Assembly (NCBI GenBank): GCA_964036045.1
Contig: OZ038378.1
Coordinates: 55,118,001-55,182,000, forward strand
Source of the DNA: Eutreptiella sp. 'Long Island Sound 2002'
Taxonomy: Eukaryota; Protista; Euglenida
DNA: 64,000 nucleotides
Reading direction: 5' to 3'
Part shown: positions 37,101-49,100 of the stretch, piece after piece
Layout of the letters: every line of letters starts with the position of its first letter
How positions within the stretch are numbered: the first letter of the stretch is position 1
Program-made: the position numbers and the translations under genes
Notes under the pieces: model-generated
Databases searched by the model: none
The model's input: the letters and a program-made list of their open reading frames with translations, nothing else
Told to the model about the DNA's origin: nothing

Positions 37101-40100
37101 TGCTCCCTGGGGGACTCGACTGACGCCGCAAGGCACGGCAGGCCCGGTTTGTGTGCACGTGGCAACATGGGCACCACGTCGCGGTCCGCTGAGGGCGCCG
37201 GCCAAGCCAGCCATCGCAGCTCCGACCTACGGGACTGCTGTTGGGGCCTTTGTGGTGCTAGCAGCGCTGTGGACGCCGGCCTGGCCCGCCCGAGCCACGT
37301 TGAGAGCGCGCTCGCTCCCGCTTGTTGAGCCCCCGGCACTAGCACTTACCAGCCTGGTCCCCGTTGTTTTGGGGGTGGGGGGGGGGGGTGCTTGTCCTGG
37401 TGTCCTGTGTCCCTCATGCCCCACGCGGGAGCAACGGCTAAGTCCCTAGCCCAGCTGCAGGCAGCGGCGGCACGAAGGCGAGTGGTGCTGTGCACACCGG
37501 GCGCCCAGCGACCCCCTACCATCCCCCTGCCGCCGCGGCCGTTGCTCCTCTGCCCGGGGCACCCCCGGAGCGTGTGCTCGTGGCGGCCAGCAAGCGTAGG
37601 AGAGCAGTGCAAGCCCTCCTTGGGGGGGGGGGGGGGAAGGGAAATAGGCCATGAGGCAGCGTGTTGCTCCCCTAGATGTATGCGCGCCGGCGAGCGCAGT
37701 TGGTGCGTCCTGCGGGTGCAAGGTCACACCCAGCTTCAACAGAATGTCCGCTCCGGCCGCGAAGAACGGCCCTGCCCGTAGCCTCACCCACAGGCAGCCC
37801 CCGAGTGGCACCAGCCTCGGCTACGGTCACCAGGGCTCTCCTCCAAGAGCCGCCTCGTTGCCATGTGGTGTTGTAGCAGCCGCGACGGCTACCGTAGCAG
37901 TTGTGCTCACTCACCAAGCGGGAGGCGCATTCCCCGTAGCTGATGGGGGGGGGGGGGGGGCGCCGGTAGGGCCGGGCCTAGGTCCTTGTTGCAGTCCATG
38001 ACCAATCGTGCTCTTGGTCGCAGGGGGGGGGGGGGGGGTAGCGCTAGCAGTTTTGCTGTTTTTCTGTGTGGTCCCCCCATACCGGCGGCGGATTGTTTGT
38101 GCCAACTAGGGGTGGAAGTGCCCGTGGGAGGCGCCCGCGGCACAAGGCCGGTGTTCTCGCGACGCCTGCAGGCCGGCCGCCATGTGCTGTGAAGGCCTCC
38201 CCACTTGCCCGCCATTTGGGCAGTGAGCACCCTGGTGACGCCCTTGGCACTCCACGGGGCGGCCGTCGCCCCGCTGGCGGACAGGGACCTGTTGGGCTTG
38301 GATACCATGGTCTTGTAGGCTGTGCCGGGGGCAACCAGGCTGTCCCGCGCCAAGGAGGTCGTCTTCGCGGTCATGACGCCGCACCATCGCGTCTCTCCGG
38401 TGATGCATACCCGCTATGAGCGGAGTGTGTGGATGGCCAGAATTGCCCGCACGCTTGGGCTAGTGAGGGTCCCCGTGCGGCCATCTGGGAGGAGAACCGC
38501 CAGCCCCCAACATTAGGGCCGCTGGGGCGAGCCTTGCACGTGGTCCACCGGGTGGGTTGCAAGCAACTGGAAGGCTGGTGGTCTTGGGACGTGCTGGGCT
38601 AGGCAAAGCCGTTGCAACTGGTGCAGATTTAGCATAAGGTGCGTGACAGCCTGCGCCGCCACACCATGCATGGGACGGAGGACCGCCACCCGGCGGACCT
38701 TTGGCGGGCCCGGAGAAGGGGTCAACGAGGAGGTTTGTCAAGCAGCACTCCGCGTGGCGGCCATAGAGCTCTAGGCTACCCCCCCCCCCCCCCTCGACCT
38801 CCCCAGGCACCAGCCGGGCGCACCTCCCACCGGGGGGATGTGGACGTGGACCGAGGCCCACGTCGGAGACCCCTCCCAGCGAGCTCAGGGCATGGGAGGG
38901 TACAGATACAGGCCAACTGTGGGGTGTGGCTCACTGCACGACGCCGTGGGCATCAGGACACACAACCACCGACCCACAGGAGACGCCAGGGTGGAATCTA
39001 CCCGAGGGCCCCACAGCGCATCACACGGGAAACACACTGAGCACAGAACGAAAAGCGCAGTGAGTCGCGCCAGCAAGAGTGGCGGAAGTGCAGGTATGCA
39101 TGTCGCATGACACGCACGCTTACAGCCAAAAGCCAAGAGTCCCCTCAAGTCTCTCTACATCTGTACTTGATGTGGCGTATGCATTCCACGTACCTCCTCC
39201 CCTCTCTTTTCCGCATCAGAGGTGCACTTCGACCCTTTGGGGCTCCACGCCCGCCATGCGGCGACCCTCCCTCATGGGGGCCCGATCCGCCTCTGAAAGG
39301 GAGCGCCCTTGTCACAGTGTTGGTCACCCCGATGCAGCCGGCCTGACTTCGTCCTTCCAGTGTCCTCTTCAACTTTGGTATCATGTCCGTGTCCACAAAC
39401 CCACTGACACCGCCACATCCTCCCTCCGGTAAACGCAAACGGCCAGCGAGCGGGTGGGCTACCCGCAAAGCACGAGACGCTCGGCGTCAAGAAGAGCACT
39501 ACGAAGGCAAGCAGGCCCTAGAGAGCCCCAGCTATACACTGGGTGTACTGGATGATCTCCGACTTCAAGTCCACCTAACACCCCCAGTGCCGGAAAAGTA
39601 TGCAGCAACATCATTTGAACGATTTAGGGGGTGGCCCGTCGGGCGCCTCGGCACGAAGTGGCCGGCAGCAGTAGTCGTCCGGGTCGACCGCGATAAACCC
39701 TCAGGACACCACGGGGAATCTCATCTATGGAGATCGCAGCTTGGCGGCACGAGGGCTCCAGACCCTTTTTTAAGTGTCACCTCTACCATCTTCGCCAGCA
39801 GCAGCAGAGGTTCGTCTTGAGAGGAAAAGCCCGCGTCATTCGCGAGGTCAGTGCACAACTTTTTCCGGACACGACGGCACAAGCACCACTAGCAAATCCT
39901 GTTCGGGCGCGTCCAGCCCCGTGATGACGTAACCCGTTCCAGAAAAGTATGCCGGCCCCTAACCTTCCGCATCTCTGTCCGTGTTCTTCGTCCGGGGACT
40001 TCGCCTACTGCTAACCAACCCTTGTAAGTGACCGACCGGGTGGCACACCTTTGCTGCGCGCCGGTGTTTGCATGTGCTTGACACCGCCGGGGGCTGAACC

Positions 40101-43100
40101 TCCCTCTTTGCATCCAAGCCTTGCGCGGTGGCCAGACTGCTACTAGCGGTCACGGCGATAGGGGGGGGGGGGGGACACCACCAGTGGGGTCTTCTGCTGT
40201 GTCTGCTACGTCTTCCAATATTGGTATCGTCTAACCACGTGCCCTACTGCCTACGGCGCAGCATCCCCGTGATCGCGTTGTCTTTGTTCTCAGTCCAACA
40301 TGCCTCCTTTGCCTGCGTCTCTCACTGACCTCTCCCGCTGGTTCTTACGCCGGTTGGAGCGCAGCACTGAGCCGCGTCTGCAATCGCTACTTTGTGACTA
40401 CACGACAGAGGTCCCTCTGCCTGCGCTACATGACGCGATCAGAGCACTCAGCGACACCACGGGGACAACACTTGGTCATCTCTGTGACACTTGGCGCTGG
40501 CTCACAATGGAAGGGGAGCTCTATGCTGTGAGCGACCTACAAGTCATGCTTACTACCAATGGCGTTTTGCTGTCGGTCACTACCAATCTGAAGACTGCCA
40601 CAGGGGTACAGATCGTTACCCCCTGCCCGGTGGCCATAGCTCAGTCTCTTCCGCTTTTGGCTTTCGCACAGACCGCAGACGCTACCTCTCGGGAGCCGTT
40701 CCTAAGGTGGAACCCTTACTTCCGACGCATTCACGGAAATTTGTTTGGAGCGTGGCTACGGCACTTGCTCGGCCTCACAAAGGCGGATGGGTCACCTGAG
40801 TTCCCAGGCACGCAATATTCGAAGCTGGCGATAGACCCCATTTCACAGCGGTTACTGCCACAGCTTCGGTCGCTGTGGGCGGAGTGGCACAAGAAGGATA
40901 GGGCGGGGCAATGGGCGGTCGTCCGTGACATGCCTACTAGGCCCCTCAACACCCCGCATGTGGCCCTGGACGTCCTGCATCAGATCTACCCCTATGTTCT
41001 GTGGTTGGTAGCCGACCTGGTCGCCACCCCGCAACAAAAGTTTCCGGTGGGCTCTCCCGCTAATGTCAAAGCCCGCAAGATCCCTGTTGCGCAAGCACCG
41101 CACGTGCTCGAGGCGTCTACACTGCTGCCTCGCGACGAAGAAATGGTGGGTCGGGTGATGGATCTTGCATCGCCCCCATGGGCACCGGCTTCTATATTGG
41201 GATTGCACCTAGCTTCAAGTTAAGGCACCCTATGTCCATGTGTTCTCCGCATCAGTTCCTACGCACCCCTCATTTACCTGAGCTATCCTTGGCGGTGTGG
41301 ACTGAAGCCTGGGACGTTGCTACCCCCGCGGAGCTTGGTGGGTTTTTAGTTGACGATGCCTTCTCCCCTCCTCCAACCAAGTTAGCAGCCCGCACCACGA
41401 AAGAGGTCCTAGATAAGTTGGAAGACGGGTACTCTGTGCCCATTGACCTGCTGTTGCAGTTCGATGCGGCGGTCCAGCCAGTGCCTGTGGCAAAGGAGGA
41501 TCCTTAACTTCGTAAATTGTCCAAGCAGCACCATTGGACGTGTGACACCCCACAAGCAACGGAGTATGCGCTGCTTTCGGCGCGCCAAGATCTAGTGCAT
41601 CAAAAGAAGTTGCACAGTGCTGCCACGGAGCGTCTGCAGTCGCGCATTGACAATCTTCAAGTCCAAGTCACCAAGTTGGTACAGACCGTGGATCGCAAAC
41701 GTACCACTGCGGAAGGGACGGGAGCTGTTGACACGCGCATTCAGCCGGCTACGAACACCCTGCTTTCTCTCGCTCGCAAACACCCGCCCGAAGGCACATA
41801 GGTGCCCGACGCCCTGCAGTCGGCTTTGGAGAAGCTCCGCCCTGCAAACTACCCACGGATTGACAGACATCCTGCGGCGTGGTGTCCATCTCTACCGGTT
41901 CTCTTAACCGCTTGGGTGGCGAGGGGATCCCTTGCCTTTCAAGATTTCCAGCTCTTCTTTGCGCAGTTCGAGTCCATGCTTGATATGCCCCCGCCGAGTG
42001 CGACGCCGACAGCGAAGCCTCTCCAAGAAACCCCTATTGCGGACCTCACGGGCGGTGACAATCCAGTAATCTCGGCCTTGCCGCCCAAGGCAAGCGAGTC
42101 TGCGCTGAATTGGGCAACAATTTCCGTGAGCCATGACACGGGTCACACCCCCGATTGCGTGCCTCCGGTACTGAATGGGTTCCTCACCTGGCTCAATACG
42201 GTGGATGACAAGAAAGTGGGGGGCCTGACACGAGCCTTTCACTTGGCCATGCAACTGGCGGGGTGCGATGTGCCCAACTTCCCACATGACTCGGTGAGGC
42301 GGCAGTGGCAACGCCTTTGAGCCTCCCGGTTCTTGAAGCCCACTGTCACTCAGGTAGTCGCGGACTTCGTCAAAGCTCATCCTCAAGATGACCCCTCTAT
42401 CCCGGCGGACCAATCAGTCCACGGGTAGTCTAGGTTCTAGGGGACGGGCACACTCCGACCCGGAGCAATTCCCTGTGGGTGCAATGTCCAGTGGACTCCT
42501 ATCTTCCGACCCCCGTCCCAGCCCATTGGTGCGAGAGTGCTAGCCGGCTTTCTATGCTCCCATTTTCATGATAACCTTTGCACTGTCTTGCATGAGTATG
42601 TCCGAGCGGAAGTTTCCTTTGCTAATTTTGGGGTCCGCGAGGAGGCCCCAGCGTTAGTGGAACAAGGGGGTAAAGTCGCACAGGGAGGTTGGAGAGTACA
42701 ATGGCAGAAGTCCTACCGATAGCCCTGGACCCCCTACACAAGTCGGGGGAAAGGCGGGTCCACACACCGGTCTGCCCCAAGCACGTCTGCCGCGCCCACG
42801 CCCCGCAGGGGTGGGACAGCGACGGCACCCCCCCCCCCCCCCGCCCCCGAGCACATAGGTGGTGCAGAGGAGGGGGAACGGCGCCGGAACAAGCGTTCCC
42901 GTTCAGAGACGGGAGAAGATTCCCGCTCCCCTTCACCGGAACGCAGGTCCCGCCGGCATGGCGGGTCTCGTCGGTCCCGGTCTCGGTCCCCACCATCGCG
43001 GTGGCCACGACACGTTGATTCCTACTACGGTGATCAATACATGCGCAACCTCATGACCTCCCCCACGGGGCCCCCCTTTAAGTACGGGGCAACCTACGGG

Positions 43101-46100
43101 TACCTGCCGGCACACAGTGGTGCAGCCACCCCCACCCTCACATACCATTAGCATCCCCCCGCGTTGGGACATAGTCTTCTCCCATCACCGGGAAACGGGC
43201 CAACAACGTATCCCAGCCCAGCCAACACCCCACAATCGTGACCTCAGGAACAATAGACCAATTTTTCAGACCTCAAGAGCCTCCGGGTTCCCTGAAACCG
43301 GTGACTGAATGCGTGTTGCAGCTACCCCCTGAAGCAAGGAATCAGCAGTGGGGATATGTGTTCGACCGGCGTCAGCTGATCGGGCACGTGGCACTCCCCC
43401 TCCCCTTAGTCTCACTGGTGCCGGCGCCAGGGGCGCTTACCAATGTCACTCTTGTTCGCGTGCGTTTTGATTATACTGGTTGGCGTGCACAATGGAGATC
43501 ACACTGTGTGGTGTAGCAACCGTTCGGCCAAGCGGTGGCCAGTCTGCAAGACCGGTTTGCACGAGAGAGAGTATTCCCCTTGGAGGAGGGGGGAGTGTAC
43601 TACCTCCCTTTTGAGGTTTTTTCTAGCGCCTAGCTCAGCCTTGCGCCCGTTACCACAGGGTCTCTCACCCTCCTGTTGACGGTTCTTAATCCAGTTATCC
43701 TTCGGCGCCTCTTGCACAGGTCAGGAGGCCCGGTTCACGTGTGTCTGCGCCAGTTACAGACCGCCTTATCTTCTCTGCAAGCGTTAGAAAGTGACCCCCG
43801 ACCGGAAACCCCAGTTTCGGTGGCCATGCCAGCTGGATCTGACTTGCTCACACTGAATGTGGAACACACAGTTACAACCAAAGTGATGGCTTTGAGACAG
43901 TTAATACAATGGTCCGGATACCCGGCAGTGGTTCTTTTGCAAGAAACGGGGGTCCTACCCCCTCCTTTGGTGTTTCACTGTGTGTACTGGCACACTTTCA
44001 CGGTGGTCACTTCTTCTTTTGCTGGTGTTACCATCCTGGTACGCCACAATTCCCAGCTCCACATCGGAGATTTGGTGCACCACCCAGAGGGCAAAGCCAT
44101 AGTGTTGGAGCTTGTCTACAAGGGCACACCGGTACAAGTTTTCAACGTGTATATGTCCGCCAAGGGCACATCTAAGGAGTATTGTGGTTGCGTGCTCATG
44201 TCGCTCCTGACTCGCGGCTAGTCCTCATGGGGGGGGACTTCTAGTGCAAACCAGGGTGGTCGGCGGACTGCGTGTCCGTCAACACCGAGATCGACCCAGT
44301 ATTGTCCGAGTTTGTTGCTGATATGACTCTGCTTCCGTTCAACCATGGCAGGTCTGGGCCCACGCGGGTCAGTGCGCAGGGTTTCGTCGGTGTGTTAGAC
44401 TTTTTCCTTAGCCGCCGTGTCTCTCTGGAGATCGGCACTGTCCGTGTTGAAAATGAATCTGTCTTCCCATCGGACCACTACCCAGTCCGGCTTTGCTTGC
44501 ACACTCTTCCAGCGCTGGTACCATGTGGAAACCGCGCCTCCAAAGCACGATTTAACCTGGGTACCAGTGTTTGTAACTGGCAACAAGAGACCTTTGCGCA
44601 TAGCTGTGCTAGCCTGCACTCACTCCCACGAGGGTATAGGGACGACACCACGTGGTGCATTGATTCGGAGTCAGACCTCCCACTGTTTGCGGATAATCTG
44701 CAGCGAGCAGCACCCAAGATGAACCTTAATTTTCTCTTGCGGCCCTAAACAGTTGTTGGTGACCGCCTCGTGTGAGGGCGTTCAAGTCAATTTTCATTCG
44801 CCGTCCGTGTACATGGGTGGATCGCACATGCCTTTGCATCAGGGCCCTGGGTACGTGCGTATAGTAGGCCGGCACCTGTTCCCCCACGTCTACCACAACA
44901 CAGACAAAGTTAAATCTTCCAGTGCTCGCCGACGTGCCTCGAGAGCGCTTGCCATGGTTCAGCTTCCCTCCAACTATTCGGGTCAGATGTACAGTGCCGT
45001 TGCCGGTGGGCAACAACGCTGGCAAGCAAGGGTACATCCTCGGACGCACAATTCCATTCGAGTGGCAGACCAAGCCGCGGCGTCGGTACTACGCGCGATT
45101 ACTGGATGGCATGCCCTCTCGGCAGCCAAGTTTTTCGAGCCCCTGGCCTCCGGATGGGTGGGGGTTAAGCCGGCTGTGGTGGCTGTAATCAGTCAGTTCC
45201 TGCAGACCTATCAGAAGCAGTTGCGCCACGCCAATGCCATGGTGCGACACAGCACACAACATGGCTTGTACGAAGCCATGCAACACTTCCACCCTGATAT
45301 GCCTTGCGTACGTCGCGGCCTCTCTAGGCATTGCAGAGTCCACAACGCAGATCACGACAGATTTCTACTCTACATGCATCTGCTCGACTTTCGCATCAGC
45401 CTGCCCAGGGTCCGCCCCTACTAGGGGGCGGACCATGTCATGTGTCGGGCGGTGCATTCCTGGCAGGCCGCTGCCATCCACGAGTGGATGGACGCAGGTT
45501 GCTTCGGCTTGCGTGATGCGCATGCAGCCGGTTGGCCGCTGGCGCCATGGCAGTGAGGCATGGAGAGCCTCCCTCCATGGCACGGGGTGTCGGTGCCTTT
45601 GCGGTCGGATTTGCCTGTCTTGCGGTCTGTCCCTCAGCACTGTGCTTTCGTCACGGACGGTTCGTGGTTCCCCTCCCACTGTTGTGGTGGTGCTTTCGTG
45701 GTGGTTTGTTTGGATACCCTCACGTGGGTGGTCTGTCCGGTATCTGTCCCCTGTCATCTGGACCACTCCTATGCAATGGAAGTGTATATTTCTTGGGTAT
45801 TGTGCCAGATCAAACACGCTTTGCTTGCTTCGAGTTCGGTAGGTTACGCCACGGCACACAGCCTTCGGGAGGGGGGAAATTTTATAGACTCCCGGTCTTA
45901 CGTACAGGCGCTGTGCAGGCGTCGCCCGGAAGAATGGGGCACAACGTTGGTCGATCTCTTGCCTGCAGACTGTATCAGGTTGGCCGGTCAGTTCCCTCCA
46001 CCTCAGCACCTCTATTCTCATCAGCAGGGCACCTTTCTAGACGTGGTTTTGGATGCTGTTGATCGGGAGGCCAAGGCACAGACGCTGCGCCAGTCTCATC

Positions 46101-49100
46101 CCGTACCAGCAGGGTATCTCGCGGGCTTACAAGTCCCGCAGCCAGCTTTTTGCAGAATTAGGGTGCAATGGCACGACACTAGCACGGTGCAGTACCGTGA
46201 GCTACGCCAGCTTTACGCAAAGCAACAAGACTTGCTATATGCTCCTGAGGTAGCGTCCTACGCGTACTATGCGACTTGTGTTCTATCTGGCTCCCTTTCA
46301 TGGGGAGACCACTTGCGCATGGTAACCCTTCGTCATGAGCTCGGGGCTGCGGTTGCCACCGTTGTGCATTTTGTGACACTGTGCTCACCGTGTCACACTT
46401 TCAGGAAAATTGTCACTACAGTCAGCTGTGGTCTGCTGTGCTGTACACATAGATGGCTTCCGACCTTCGCCGCATAATACCGGAGTGGTCCGTCTCTGTG
46501 CCTACCTGCTGGGGTTTGCTCGTTCAGTGGGGGGGGGGCGTATCTGGGCATTAACACAGAATTCGCTCTAGTCCGTCCGTTGCCTCACGCGTCTTGGATG
46601 ACCCTGTCACTCACCGGCCGTATACTGCCGGCATCAGAGAAGGCGATGATCCGTCACGGGGCCCCACCTGACCCCCAACTACGAAATGAGGATGATTGGG
46701 CTTGGCCTGGTCACACCCTAGTGGCGTTTGACTACCTGCATGCCAACGGGGACTTCCTGGCAGCGGGACATTGGCACCTGCAGCCGCCGGAGTCCTCCTC
46801 CGTGCCCCCGTGCGCCCTGCGCTCCATTTGGACCTTTGGCACCACATCTCCGGTGTGTCTATCTACGTCCCAGACAGACGCATGGCACACTCTGGGACCG
46901 GAGACGTCCTATACTGGTTTCACACTAGACCACGTCTAGCGGAACACGCTCCGTGGCCGCATTTCGTTCGGCAGCGGTCCATGCTTTGTTATGTGGTGGA
47001 TCTTCCCAGGCTGGAAGCATCTAGGGAACTCACGCATTGTCAACGCTGGTTTGTTCTGCGATACGGCGCGGCACCGCACCGCTTTCTCGCCCGATACACC
47101 CGTGGCGACTGCGCGCCTACACCGGCACGAGTCAGGTAGTGGTGGCACATGTGGCGTTTCTATCTCCAAACTTGTGGACATGCGGTACACGCGCACTACA
47201 CGCATCTACGACTGCGTATGTCGTCGGGTTGACAGTCTTCTGCGATGCGCTGTGTGCTCTTGCTGCGAATTTGCGTTTCGCCCTTGCCCGCATGCTGGAA
47301 GTACCACGATCCACCAGGAAATGGCGATTACGAGAGCCGCATGGGACCCTCAGACGGGACGAGTGGGCACGCACGGGACACACACAGAGCACACGGAGGG
47401 GCTTCGGACACCCGTCGGGGAGCGGGGCACTCTGGCACAGTGCAACGGCAGAAGGAGTTTAGACCTCCCGAGCATGTACACTAACTAGAGCGACGTCCGT
47501 CACCCAAACGGCCCAACAGCCGAAAACCACGGGTTGTCTCCGGCGGAAAACCTGTGCCCATTTCTACCCCCACAACCAAAAGGTGGTACCACAGTGGGGA
47601 GGGTGGGTCCGAGCCATGCTCCAACCCATACCATAGCAAGTGCAACTCCTGCAGACCCACAACCACCACCTCCCGACGCGCTGGCCGGCACGCTGGCCAG
47701 CTACTTGTATATGGCCCCTAGGGCCCTTGTGACCCGGGGTCCATGCCCAGCTCCAACGCCACGGCCAGGCCGATGGCGTGGGGGATGAGATTCAAACACT
47801 TGACGTAATTGATGCTCATCTCCATCACCGCCCGCACCTTCAAGTGGCACAGCTCCAAGAGAAGCTAGGTCACAGTGGCGCCGTGCAGGTCGCTTCGCGC
47901 AGGGCGGAAGCCAAAGGCACATGGGTTTGCCCAGGCCTCCTGCCAGCGGATGGCCTCCTCCAGTTTGATCCCCGCCCAAAGGCCGTAGATCATGGAGAGG
48001 ACCGTCAAGGGCCGCGTGTTTAGCGGTCCCGGTGGGCCCTCCTTCAGGATGAGGGCCGTGTAGCCCTCATCGAGGCGTAAGGGCCATCACCCCCATCGCT
48101 CCACCTCTTGCAGGAGGTCAGCTAGCCAGTCCACAAGCTGGTCTAGCAGCGCGCGCCAGCTATCAAGGCCCAGGGCCGAGGGGTGCATCCGCATGAGGGT
48201 CCATCGCAGCCAGCGGCCGGTCAGGGGCCTGGGGATCAGGAAAAAAAAACACTTACACAGGGTCCAAAACATGCTTTACACAGGATATTTGGTCATCGTG
48301 AATGGTCAAAAAATCAAGAAAAATCGGGTCGAGAAATTTCCATTTTTGAGTTGTAGAGGGTGAAAGGTGCAGAAGTAGGTTGTGTCCCAGCCCACATGGA
48401 ACCCCCCCCCCCTTCCAAACACCCAAATAGACTAAAAACAATGGGTATAGGGGGTTCAAAACATGCTTTGCATAGGTTATTGGAGCATTGTGAATGGTGA
48501 GAATATCAAAAACATAATTCAGGAATTTTCAATTTTGAGCTTTAGAGGGTAGTAAATGGCTTATGCAGCTTCTACGCACATCAGGTGCCACTAAACACCC
48601 TACAAACAGCAAAAGTGTTGGTTTTAGAGGGTGCATCGCGGCTACCTAGTAGCCACTATGTGGGTCCCCATGGGTGCTAGACTATTGTCACCAAATGATC
48701 ACAGCTGCATATAGGGGAAGCACTTGACGCGGCGCATGCGCAGCATGGAGATTTAGCGGTCTGGCCTGACCAAGCAGCTGCAGCTTTTGCCCCGGGGGCC
48801 CCTTGTCCAGGGGTTTCAAGCCCAGTCCGTGATACTCTTGAGTTGAACTACTGCACTAAGTTATTCCATCAAACCGTCCATGCTTTGAGCCCCAAATCGT
48901 GCAAGACGAGGCGCTATACGAATGTCATTTGTTGCTCTTTGAAGATCCTGCCCTCGAGGCTTAGCCCTGGTGTGTGGTACCCAAGGGTTATCTCTCCTTT
49001 GGGGGCATTTTGGGAGGTGTGTCAAAGCCAGCCCCTTTCGGGTAGTGCACGGCGCGCGTGTGGTGCAAAAACCCCCCCATACTTTGTAACAGATCACTCA

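Noticed and set aside
36640-37900. Cys-rich or Ala/Gly-rich ORFs (also 5168-5830, 52769-53704, 51711-52020)
   Set aside because: They arise from TG/CA-rich low complexity or microsatellites, with no domain motifs and no splice continuity with the gene.
48241-48249. A9 run as poly(A) tail of the plus-strand LINE
   Set aside because: The preceding 550 bp is an RT fragment on the minus strand, so the run is not at the 3' end of the plus-strand element; no TSD was found.
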